Below, one piece after another: positions 44,829-58,218 of a stretch of DNA of 64,000 nucleotides (the stretch's first letter is position 1; every line of letters starts with the position of its first letter). Below the pieces are notes generated by a model. The model saw only the letters and a list, made by a program, of their open reading frames with translations. It had not been told where the DNA came from and did no database searches. The DNA comes from Eledone cirrhosa (taxonomy: Eukaryota): NCBI GenBank assembly GCA_964016885.1, contig OZ024762.1:29140001-29204000 (forward strand), written 5' to 3'. A program made the position numbers and the translations under genes.

Positions 44829-47800
44829 CAGTTTCTCTCTCAACACTTCACATGTCCATACCACCTCAGTCTCCTCTCCCACACACCACAACTTATCCCT
44901 CTTATACACAGTTTCTCTCTCAACACATCACATGTTCATACCATCTCAGTCTCCTCTCCCACACACCACAACTTATCCCTCTTATACACAGTTTCTCTGT
45001 CAACACATCACATGTCCATACCATCTCAGTCATCTCTCCCACACACCACAACTTATCCCTCTTATACCCAGTTTCTATCTCAACTCATCACATGCCTATT
45101 CCATCTCAGTCTTCTCTCCCACACACCACAACTTATCCCTCTTATACACAGTTTCTCTCTCAACTCATCACATGTCCATTCCATCTCAGTCTTCTCTCCC
45201 ACACACCACAACTTATCCCTCTTATACACAGTTTCTCTCTCAACACATCACATGTCCAAACCATCTCAGTCTTCTCCCCCACACACTACAACTTATCCCT
45301 CTTATACACAGTTTCTCTATCAACACATCACATGTCCATACCACCTCAGTCTTCTCTCCTGTACACTACAACTTATCCCTCTTATACACAGTTTCTCTCT
45401 CAACACATCACATGTCCATACCATTTCAGTCTTCTCTCCCACACACTATAACTTATCCCTCTGATACACAGTTTCTCTCTCAACACATCACATGTCCATA
45501 CCATCTCAGTCTTCTCTCCCACACACTACAACTTATGCCTCTTATACACAGTTTCTCTCTCAACACATCACATGTCCATACCACCTCAGTCATCTCTCCC
45601 ATACACCACAACTTATCCCTCTTATACCTAGTTTCTCTCTCAACTCATCACATGTCCATTCCATCTCAGTCTTCTCTCCCACACACCACAACTTATCCCT
45701 CTGATACACAGTTTCTCTCTCAACTCATCACACGTCCATACCACCTCAGTCTTCTCTCCCACACACCACAACTTATCCCTCTTATACGCAGTTTCTCTCT
45801 CAACTCATCACATGTCCATACCGTCTCAGTCTTCTCTCCCACACACCACAACTTATCCCTCTTATACCCAGTTTCTCTCTCAACTCATCACATGTCCATA
45901 CCATCTCAGTCTTCTCTCCCACACACTACAACTTATCCCACTTATACACAGTTTCTCTCTCAACACATCACATGTCCATACCACCTCAGTCATCTCTCAC
46001 ACACACCACAACGTATCCCTCTTATACCCAGTTTCTTTCTCAACACATCACATGTCCATACCACCTCAGTCATCTCTCCCACACACCACAACTTATCCCT
46101 CTTATACCCAGTTTCTCTCTCAACTCATCACATGTCCATACCATCTCAGTCTTCTCTCCCACACACTACAACTTATCCCTCTTATACACAGTTTCTCTCT
46201 CAACGCATCACATGTCCATACCAGCTCAGTGATCTCTCCCACACACCACAACTTATCCCTCTTATACACAGTTTCTCTCTCAACACATCACATATCCATA
46301 CCACCTCAGTCTTCTCTCCCACACACCACAACTTATCCCCCTTATACACAGTTTCTCTCTCAACACAAAATGTCCATACCATCTCAGTCATCTCTCTCAC
46401 ACACTACGACTTATCCCTCTTATACACAGTTTCTCTCTCAACTCATCACATGTCCATTCCATCTCAGTCTTCTCTCCCACACACCACAACTTATCCCTCT
46501 TATACACAGTTTCTCTCTCAACTCATCACATGTCCATACCACCTCAGTCATCTCTCCCACACACCACAACTTATCCCTCTTATACACAGTTTCTCTCTCA
46601 ACACATCACATGTCCATACCATCTCAATCTTCTCTCCCACACACCACAACTTATCCCTCTTATACACAGTTAATCTCTCAACACATCACATGACCATACC
46701 ACCTCAGTCATCTCTCTCACACACCACAACTTATCCCTCTTATACACAGTTTCTCTCTCAACACATCACATGTCCATACCACCTCAGTCTTCTCTCCCAC
46801 ACACCACAACTTATCCCTCTTATACACAGTTTCTCTCTGAACACATCACATGTCCATACCACCTCAGTCATCTCTCCCACACACCACAACTTATCCCTCT
46901 TATACACAGTTTCTCTCTCAACACATCACATGTCCATACCATCTCAATCTTCTCTCCCACACACCACAACTTATCTCTCTTATACACAGTTAATCTCTCA
47001 ACACATCACATGACCATACCACCTCAGTCATCTCTCTCACACACCACAACTTATCCCTCTTATACCCAGTTTCTCTCTCAACACATCACATGTCCATACC
47101 ACCTCAGTCTTCTCTCCCACACACCACAACTTATCCCTCTTATACACAGTTTCTCTCTCAACACATCACATGTCCATACCACCTCAGTCATCTCTCCCAC
47201 ACACCACAACTTATCCCTCTTATACACAGTTTCTCTCTCAACACATCACATGTCCATTCCATCTCAGTCTTCTCTCCCACACACTACAACTTATCCCTCT
47301 GATACCCAGTTTCTCTCTCAACACATCACATGTCCATACCATCTCAGTCTTCTCTCCCACACACCACAACTTATCCCTCTTATACCCAGTTTCTCCCTCA
47401 ACACATCACATGTCCATACCATCCCAGTCTTCTCCTCCGCTCACTACAACTTATCCTTCTGATACACAGTTTCTCTCCCACACACCACAACTTATCTCTC
47501 TTATACACAGTTTCTCTCTCAACACATCACATGTACATACCATCTTAGTCTTCTCTCGCACAAACCACAATTTATCCCTCTTATACCCAGTTTCTCTCTC
47601 AACTCATCACATGTCCATACCATCTCAGTCTTCTCTCCCACACATTACAACTTATGCCTCTTATACACAGTTTCACACTCAACACATCACATGTCCATAC
47701 CATCGCAGCCTTCTCTCCCACACACCACAACTTATCCCTCTTATACCCAGTTTCTCTCTCAATACATCACATGTTCATACCATCGCAGCCTTCTCTCCCA

Positions 47801-49345
47801 CACACCACAACTTATCCCTCTTATACCCAGTTTCTCTCTCAACATATCACATGTCCATACCATCTCAGTCTTCTCTCCCACACACTACAACTTATCAATC
47901 TGATACCCAGTTTCTCTCTCAACACATCACATGTCCATACCATCTCAGTCTTCTCTCCCACACACTACAACTTATCCCTCTTATACACAGTTTCTCTCTC
48001 AACACATCATATGTCCATACCATCTCAGTCTTCTCTCCCACACACCACAACTTATCCCTCTTATACACAGTTTCTCCCTCAACACATCACATGTCCATAC
48101 CATCTCAGTCTTCTCTCCCACACACTACAACTTATCCCTCTTATACACAGTTTCTCTCTCAACGCATCACCTGTCCATTCCATCTCAGTCTTCTCTCCCA
48201 CACACCACAACTTATCCCTCTTATACACAGTTTCTCTCTCAACACATCACATGTCTATACCATCTCAGTCTTCTCTCCCACACACCACAACTTATCCCTC
48301 TTATACACAGTTTCTCTCTCAACACATCACATGTCGATACCATCTCAGTCTTCTCTCCCAATCACTACAACGTATCCCTCTTATACACAGTTAATCTCTC
48401 AACACATCACATGTCCATGCCATCTTAGTCTTCTCTCCCACTCACTACAACTTATCCCTCTTATACACAGTTTCTCTCTCAACACATCACATGTCCATAC
48501 CATCTCAGTCTTCTCTCCCACACACCACAACTTATCCCTCTTATACACAGTTTCTCCCTCAACACATCACATGTCCATACCATCTCAGTCTTCTCTCCCA
48601 CACACTACAACTTATCCCTCTTTTACACAGTTTCTCTCTCAACACATCACATGTCCATTCCATCTCAGTCTTCTCTCCCTCACACCACAACTTATCCCTC
48701 TTATACACAGTTAATCTCTTAACACATCACATGTCCATACCATCACAGTCTTCTCTCCCACACACTACAACTTATCCCTCTTATACACAGTTTCTCTCTC
48801 AACACATCACATATCCATACCACCTCAGTCTTCTCTCCCACACACCACAACTTAACCCTCTAATACACAGTTTCTCTCTCAACACAAAATGTCCATACCA
48901 TCTCAGTCATCTCTCTCACACACTACGACTTATCCCTCTTATACACAGTTTCTCTCTCAACACATCACATGTCCATACCACCTCAGTCATCTCTCCCACA
49001 CACCACAACTTATCCCTCTTATACCCAGTTTCTCTCTCAACTCATCACATGTCCATACCATCTCAGTCTTCTCTCCTACACACTACAACTTATCCCTCTT
49101 ATACACAGTTTCTCTCTCAACACATCACATGTCCATACCACCTCAGTGATCTCTCCCACACACCACAACTTATCCCTCTTATACACAGTTTCTCTCTGAA
49201 CACATCACATGTCCATAGCATCTCAGTCATCTCTCTCACACACTACGACTTATCCCTCTTATACACAGTTTCTCTCTCAACACATCACATGTCCATTCCA
49301 TCTCAGTCTTCTCTCCCACACACCACAACTTATCCCTCTTATACC

Positions 49346-51263
49346 CAGTTTCTCTCTCAACACATCACATGTCCATATCACCTCAGTCTCCTGTCCCGTA
49401 CACTACATTCTATCCTTCTCAGACACAGTTTCTCTCTCAACACATCACATGTCCATACCACCTCAATCTCCTCTCCCGTACACTACATTCTATCCCTCTC
49501 AGACACAGTTTCTCTCTCAACACATCACATGTCCATACCACCTCAGTCTCCTCTCCCGTACACTACATTCTATCCCTCTCAGACACAGTTTCTCTCTCAA
49601 CACATCACATGTCCATACCACCTCAGTCTCCTGTCCCGTACACTACATTCTATCCTTCTCAGACACAGTTTCTCTCTCAACACATTACATGTCCATACCA
49701 CCTCAGTCTCCTCTCCCGTACACTACATTCTATCCCTCTCAGACACAGTTTCTCTCTCAACACATCACATGTCCATACCACCTCAGTCTCCTCTCCCGTA
49801 CACTACATTCTATGCCTCTCAGACACAGTTTCTCTCTCAACACATCACATGTCCATACCACCTCAGTCTCCTGTCCCGTACACTACATTCTATCCTTCTC
49901 AGACACAGTTTCTCTCTCAACACATCACATGTCCATACCACCTCAGTCTCCTGTCCCGTACACTACATTCTATCCTTCTCAGACACAGTTTCTCTCTCAA
50001 CACATCACATGTCCATACCACCTCAGTCTCCTCTCCCGTACACTACATTCTATCCTTCTCAGATACAGTTTCTCTCTCAACACATTACATGTCCATACCA
50101 CCTCAGTCTCCTCTGCCGTACACTACATTCTATCCCTCTCAGACACAGTTTCTCTCTCAACACATCACATGACCATACCACCTCAGTCTCCTCTCCCGTA
50201 CACTACATTCTATCCCTCTCAGACAGTTTCTCTCTCAACACATCACATGTCCATACCACCTCAGTCTTCTCTCCCGTACACTACATTCTATCCCTCTCAG
50301 ACACAGTTTCTCTCTCAACACATCACATGTCTATACCTCCTCAGTCTCCTCTCCTGTACACTACATTCTATCCCTCTCAGACACAGTTTCTCTCTCAACA
50401 CATTACATGTCCATACCACCTCAGTCTCCTCTCCCGTACACTACATTCTATCCTTCTCAGACACAGTTTCTCTCTCAACACATTACATGTCCATACCACC
50501 TCAGTCTCCTCTCCCGTACACTACATTCTATCCCTCTCAGATACAGTTTCTCTCTCAACACATCACATGTCCATACCACCTCAGTCTCCTCGCCCGTACA
50601 CTACATTCTATCCCTCTCAGATACAGTTTCTCTCTCAACACATTACATGTCCATACCACCTCAGTCTCCTCTCCCGTACACTACATTCTATCCCTCTCAG
50701 ATACAGTTTCTCTCTCAACACATTACATGTCCATACCACCTCAGTCTCCTCTCCCGTACACTACATTCTATCCCTCTCAGATACAGTTTCTCTCTCAACA
50801 CATCACATGTCCATACCACCTCAGTCTCCTCTCCCGTACACTACATTCTATCCCTCTCAGATACAGTTTCTCTCTCAACACATCACATGTCCATACCACC
50901 TCAGTCTCCTCTCCCGTACACTACATTCTATCCTTCTCAGACACAGTTTCTCTCTCAACACATCACATGTCCATACCACCTCAGTCTATTCTCCCGTACA
51001 CTACATTCTATCCCTCTCAGACACAGTTTCTCTCTCAACACATCACATGTCCATACCACCTCAGTATCCTCTCCCGTACACTACATTCTATCCTTCTCAG
51101 AGACAGTTTCTCTCTCAACACATTACATGTCCATACCACCTCAGTCTCCTCTCCCGTACACTACATTCTATCCCTCTCAGACACAGTTTCTCTCTCAACA
51201 CATCACATGTACATACCACCTCAGTCTCCTCTCCCGTACACTACATTATATCCTTCTCAGACA
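49346..51263. repeat. Type-B block 5 (24 monomers)
   Basis: Diagnostic B substitutions. Contains the 78-bp CTCAGACAGTTT monomer also seen in block 1. Confidence 0.92.
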
Positions 51264-53421
51264 CAGTTTCTCTCTCAACACGTCACATGTTCATACCACC
51301 TCAGTCTCCTCTCCCACACACCACAACTTATCCCTCTTATACACAGTTTCTCTCTCAACACATCACATGTTCATACCATCTCAGTCTCCTCTCCCACACA
51401 CCACAACTTATCCCTCTTATACACAGTTTCTCTGTCAACACATCACATGTCCATACCATCTCAGTCATCTCTCCCACACACCACAACTTATCCCTCTTAT
51501 ACCCAGTTTCTATCTCAACTCATCACATGCCTATTCCATCTCAGTCTTCTCTCCCACACACCACAACTTATCCCTCTTATACACAGTTTCTCTCTCAACT
51601 CAGCACATGTCCATACCATCTCAGTCTTCTCTCCCACACACTACAACTTATCCCTCTTATACACAGTTTCTCTCTCATCTCATCACATGTCCATTCCATC
51701 TCAGTCTTCTCTCCCACACACCACAACTTATCCCTCTTATACACAGTTTCTCTCTCAACACATCACATGTCCAAACCATCTCAGTCTTCTCCCCCACACA
51801 CTACAACTTATCCCTCTTATACACAGTTTCTCTATCAACACATCACATGTCCATACCACCTCAGTCTTCTCTCCTGTACACTACAACTTATCCCTCTTAT
51901 ACACAGTTTCTCTCTCAACACATCACATGTCCATACCATCTCAGTCTTCTCTCCCACACACTATAACTTATCCCTCTGATACACAGTTTCTCTCTCAACA
52001 CATCACATGTCCATACCATCTCAGTCTTCTCTCCCACACACTACAACTTATGCCTCTTATACACAGTTTCTCTCTCAACACATCACATGTCCATACCACC
52101 TCAGTCATCTCTCCCATACACCACAACTTATCCCTCTTATACCTAGTTTCTCTCTCAACTCATCACATGTCCATTCCATCTCAGTCTTCTCTCCCACACA
52201 CCACAACTTATCCCTCTGATACACAGTTTCTCTCTCAACTCATCACACGTCCATACCACCTCAGTCTTCTCTCCCACACACCACAACTTATCCCTCTTAT
52301 ACGCAGTTTCTCTCTCAACTCATCACATGTCCATACCGTCTCAGTCTTCTCTCCCACACACCACAACTTATCCCTCTTATACCCAGTTTCTCTCTCAACT
52401 CATCACATGTCCATACCATCTCAGTCTTCTCTCCCACACACTACAACTTATCCCACTTATACACAGTTTCTCTCTCAACACATCACATGTCCATACCACC
52501 TCAGTCATCTCTCACACACCCCACAACTTATCCCTCTTATACCCAGTTTCTTTCTCAACACATCACATGTCCATACCACCTCAGTCATCTCTCCCACACA
52601 CCACAACTTATCCCTCTTATACCCAGTTTCTCTCTCAACTCATCACATGTCCATACCATCTCAGTCTTCTCTCCCACACACTACAACTTATCCCTCTTAT
52701 ACACAGTTTCTCTCTCAACGCATCACATGTCCATACCAGCTCAGTGATCTCTCCCACACACCACAACTTATCCCTCTTATACACAGTTTCTCTCTCAACA
52801 CATCACATATCCATACCACCTCAGTCTTCTCTCCCACACACCACAACTTATCCCCCTTATACACAGTTTCTCTCTCAACACAAAATGTCCATACCATCTC
52901 AGTCATCTCTCTCACACACTACGACTTATCCCTCTTATACACAGTTTCTCTCTCAACTCATCACATGTCCATTCCATCTCAGTCTTCTCTCCCACACACC
53001 ACAACTTATCCCTCTTATACCCAGTTTCTCTCTCAACACATCACATGTCCATACCACCTCAGTCATCTCTCCCACACACCACAACTTATCCCTCTTATAC
53101 ACAGTTTCTCTCTCAACTCATCACATGTCCATACCACCTCAGTCATCTCTCCCACACACCACAACTTATCCCTCTTATACACAGTTTCTCTCTCAACACA
53201 TCACATGTACATACCATCTCAATCTTCTCTCCCACACACCACAACTTATCCCTCTTATACACAGTTAATCTCTCAACACATCACATGACCATACCACCTC
53301 AGTCATCTCTCTCACACACCACAACTTATCCCTCTTATACACAGTTTCTCTCTCAACACATCACATGTCCATACCACCTCAGTCTTCTCTCCCACACACC
53401 ACAACTTATCCCTCTTATACA

Positions 53422-54221
53422 CAGTTTCTCTCTCAACACATTACATGTCCATACCACCTCAGTCTCCTCTCCCGTACACTACATTCTATCCCTCTCAGAT
53501 ACAGTTTCTCTCTCAACACATCACATGTCCATACCACCTCAGTCTCCTCGCCCGTACACTACATTCTATCCCTCTCAGATACAGTTTCTCTCTCAACACA
53601 TTACATGTCCATACCACCTCAGTCTCCTCTCCCGTACACTACATTCTATCCCTCTCAGATACAGTTTCTCTCTCAACACATTACATGTCCATACCACCTC
53701 AGTCTCCTCTCCCGTACACTACATTCTATCCCTCTCAGATACAGTTTCTCTCTCAACACATCACATGTCCATACCACCTCAGTCTCCTCTCCCGTACACT
53801 ACATTCTATCCCTCTCAGATACAGTTTCTCTCTCAACACATCACATGTCCATACCACCTCAGTCTCCTCTCCCGTACACTACATTCTATCCTTCTCAGAC
53901 ACAGTTTCTCTCTCAACACATCACATGTCCATACCACCTCAGTCTATTCTCCCGTACACTACATTCTATCCCTCTCAGACACAGTTTCTCTCTCAACACA
54001 TCACATGTCCATACCACCTCAGTATCCTCTCCCGTACACTACATTCTATCCTTCTCAGAGACAGTTTCTCTCTCAACACATTACATGTCCATACCACCTC
54101 AGTCTCCTCTCCCGTACACTACATTCTATCCCTCTCAGACACAGTTTCTCTCTCAACACATCACATGTACATACCACCTCAGTCTCCTCTCCCGTACACT
54201 ACATTATATCCTTCTCAGACA
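53422..54221. repeat. Type-B block 6 (10 monomers, copy of the distal part of block 5)
   Basis: Shares the private variants CTCCTCGCCCGTA and CAGTATCCTC with block 5. Confidence 0.9.
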
Positions 54222-57200
54222 CAGTTTCTCTCTCAACACGTCACATGTCCATACCACCTCAGTCTCCTCTCCCACACACCACAACTTATCCCTCTTATAC
54301 ACAGTTTCTCTCTCAACACATCACATGTTCATACCATCTCAGTCTCCTCTCCCACACACCACAACTTATCCCTCTTATACACAGTTTCTCTGTCAACACA
54401 TCACATGTCCATACCATCTCAGTCATCTCTCCCACACACCACAACTTATCCCTCTTATACCCAGTTTCTATCTCACACTCATCACATGCCTATTCCATCT
54501 CAGTCTTCTCTCCCACACACCACAACTTATCCCTCTTATACACAGTTTCTCTCTCAACTCATCACATGTCCATACCATCTCAGTCTTCTCTCCCACACAC
54601 TACAACTTATCCCTCTTATACACAGTTTCTCTCTCAACTCATCACATGTCCATTCCATCTCAGTCTTCTCTCCCACACACCACAACTTATCCCTCTTATA
54701 CACAGTTTCTCTCTCAACACATCACATGTCCAAACCATCTCAGTCTTCTCCCCCACACACTACAACTTATCCCTCTTATACACAGTTTCTCTATCAACAC
54801 ATCACATGTCCATACCACCTCAGTCTTCTCTCCTGTACACTACAACTTATCCCTCTTATACACAGTTTCTCTCTCAACACATCACATGTCCATACCATCT
54901 CAGTCTTCTCTCCCACACACTATAACTTATCCCTCTGATACACAGTTTCTCTCTCAACACATCACATGTCCATACCATCTCAGTCTTCTCTCCCACACAC
55001 TACAACTTATGCCTCTTATACACAGTTTCTCTCTCAACACATCACATGTCCATACCACCTCAGTCATCTCTCCCATACACCACAACTTATCCCTCTTATA
55101 CCTAGTTTCTCTCTCAACTCATCACATGTCCATTCCATCTCAGTCTTCTCTCCCACACACCACAACTTATCCCTCTGATACACAGTTTCTCTCTCAACTC
55201 ATCACACGTCCATACCACCTCAGTCTTCTCTCCCACACACCACAACTTATCCCTCTTATACGCAGTTTCTCTCTCAACTCATCACATGTCCATACCGTCT
55301 CAGTCTTCTCTCCCACACACCACAACTTATCCCTCTTATACCCAGTTTCTCTCTCAACTCATCACATGTCCATACCATCTCAGTCTTCTCTCCCACACAC
55401 TACAACTTATCCCACTTATACACAGTTTCTCTCTCAACACATCACATGTCCATACCACCTCAGTCATCTCTCACACACACCACAAGTTATCCCTCTTATA
55501 CCCAGTTTCTTTCTCAACACATCACATGTCCATACCACCTCAGTCATCTCTCCCACACACCACAACTTATCCCTCTTATACCCAGTTTCTCTCTCAACTC
55601 ATCACATGTCCATACCATCTCAGTCTTCTCTCCCACACACTACAACTTATCCCTCTTATACACAGTTTCTCTCTCAACGCATCACATGTCCATACCAGCT
55701 CAGTGATCTCTCCCACACACCACAACTTATCCCTCTTATACACAGTTTCTCTCTCAACACATCACATATCCATACCACCTCAGTCTTCTCTCCCACACAC
55801 CACAACTTATCCCCCTTATACACAGTTTCTCTCTCAACACAAAATGTCCATACCATCTCAGTCATCTCTCTCACACACTACGACTTATCCCTCTTATACA
55901 CAGTTTCTCTCTCAACTCATCACATGTCCATTCCATCTCAGTCTTCTCTCCCACACACCACAACTTATCCCTCTTATACCCAGTTTCTCTCTCAACACAT
56001 CACATGTCCATACCACCTCAGTCATCTCTCCCACACACCACAACTTATCCCTCTTATACACAGTTTCTCTCTCAACTCATCACATGTCCATACCACCTCA
56101 GTCATCTCTCCCACACACCACAACTTATCCCTCTTATACACAGTTTCTCTCTCAACACATCACATGTCCATACCATCTCAATCTTCTCTCCCACACACCA
56201 CAACTTATCCCTCTTATACACAGTTAATCTCTCAACACATCACATGACCATACCACCTCAGTCATCTCTCTCACACACCACAACTTATCCCTCTTATACA
56301 CAGTTTCTCTCTCAACACATCACATGTCCATACCACCTCAGTCTTCTCTCCCACACACCACAACTTATCCCTCTTATACACAGTTTCTCTCTGAAGACAT
56401 CACATGTCCATACCACCTCAGTCATCTCTCCCACACACCACAACTTATCCCTCTTATACACAGTTTCTCTCTCAACACATCACATGTCCATACCATCTCA
56501 ATCTTCTCTCCCACACACCACAACTTATCCCTCTTATACACAGTTAATCTCTCAACACATCACATGACCATACCACCTCAGTCATCTCTCTCACACACCA
56601 CAACTTATCCCTCTTATACCCAGTTTCTCTCTCAACTCATCACATGTCCATACCATCTCAGTCTTCTCTCCCACACACTACAACTTATCCCTCTTATACA
56701 CAGTTTCTCTCTCAACGCATCACATGTCCATACCAGCTCAGTGATCTCTCCCACACACCACAACTTATCCCTCTTATACACAGTTTCTCTCTCAACACAT
56801 CACATATCCATACCACCTCAGTCTTCTCTCCCACACACCACAACTTATCCCCCTTATACACAGTTTCTCTCTCAACACAAAATGTCCATACCATCTCAGT
56901 CATCTCTCTCACACACTACGACTTATCCCTCTTATACACAGTTTCTCTCTCAACTCATCACATGTCCATTCCATCTCAGTCTTCTCTCCCACACACCACA
57001 ACTTATCCCTCTTATACCCAGTTTCTCTCTCAACACATCACATGTCCATACCACCTCAGTCATCTCTCCCACACACCACAACTTATCCCTCTTATACACA
57101 GTTTCTCTCTCAACTCATCACATGTCCATACCACCTCAGTCATCTCTCCCACACACCACAACTTATCCCTCTTATACACAGTTTCTCTCTCAACACATCA

Positions 57201-57418
57201 CATGTACATACCATCTCAATCTTCTCTCCCACACACCACAACTTATCCCTCTTATACACAGTTAATCTCTCAACACATCACATGACCATACCACCTCAGT
57301 CATCTCTCTCACACACCACAACTTATCCCTCTTATACACAGTTTCTCTCTCAACACATCACATGTCCATACCACCTCAGTCTTCTCTCCCACACACCACA
57401 ACTTATCCCTCTTATACA

Positions 57419-58218
57419 CAGTTTCTCTCTCAACACATTACATGTCCATACCACCTCAGTCTCCTCTCCCGTACACTACATTCTATCCCTCTCAGATACA
57501 GTTTCTCTCTCAACACATCACATGTCCATACCACCTCAGTCTCCTCGCCCGTACACTACATTCTATCCCTCTCAGATACAGTTTCTCTCTCAACACATTA
57601 CATGTCCATACCACCTCAGTCTCCTCTCCCGTACACTACATTCTATCCCTCTCAGATACAGTTTCTCTCTCAACACATTACATGTCCATACCACCTCAGT
57701 CTCCTCTCCCGTACACTACATTCTATCCCTCTCAGATACAGTTTCTCTCTCAACACATCACATGTCCATACCACCTCAGTCTCCTCTCCCGTACACTACA
57801 TTCTATCCCTCTCAGATACAGTTTCTCTCTCAACACATCACATGTCCATACCACCTCAGTCTCCTCTCCCGTACACTACATTCTATCCTTCTCAGACACA
57901 GTTTCTCTCTCAACACATCACATGTCCATACCACCTCAGTCTATTCTCCCGTACACTACATTCTATCCCTCTCAGACACAGTTTCTCTCTCAACACATCA
58001 CATGTCCATACCACCTCAGTATCCTCTCCCGTACACTACATTCTATCCTTCTCAGAGACAGTTTCTCTCTCAACACATTACATGTCCATACCACCTCAGT
58101 CTCCTCTCCCGTACACTACATTCTATCCCTCTCAGACACAGTTTCTCTCTCAACACATCACATGTACATACCACCTCAGTCTCCTCTCCCGTACACTACA
58201 TTATATCCTTCTCAGACA
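57419..58218. repeat. Type-B block 7 (10 monomers, duplicate of block 6)
   Basis: Offset 3997 bp from block 6. Identical ORFs at 53445 and 57442. Confidence 0.9.
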
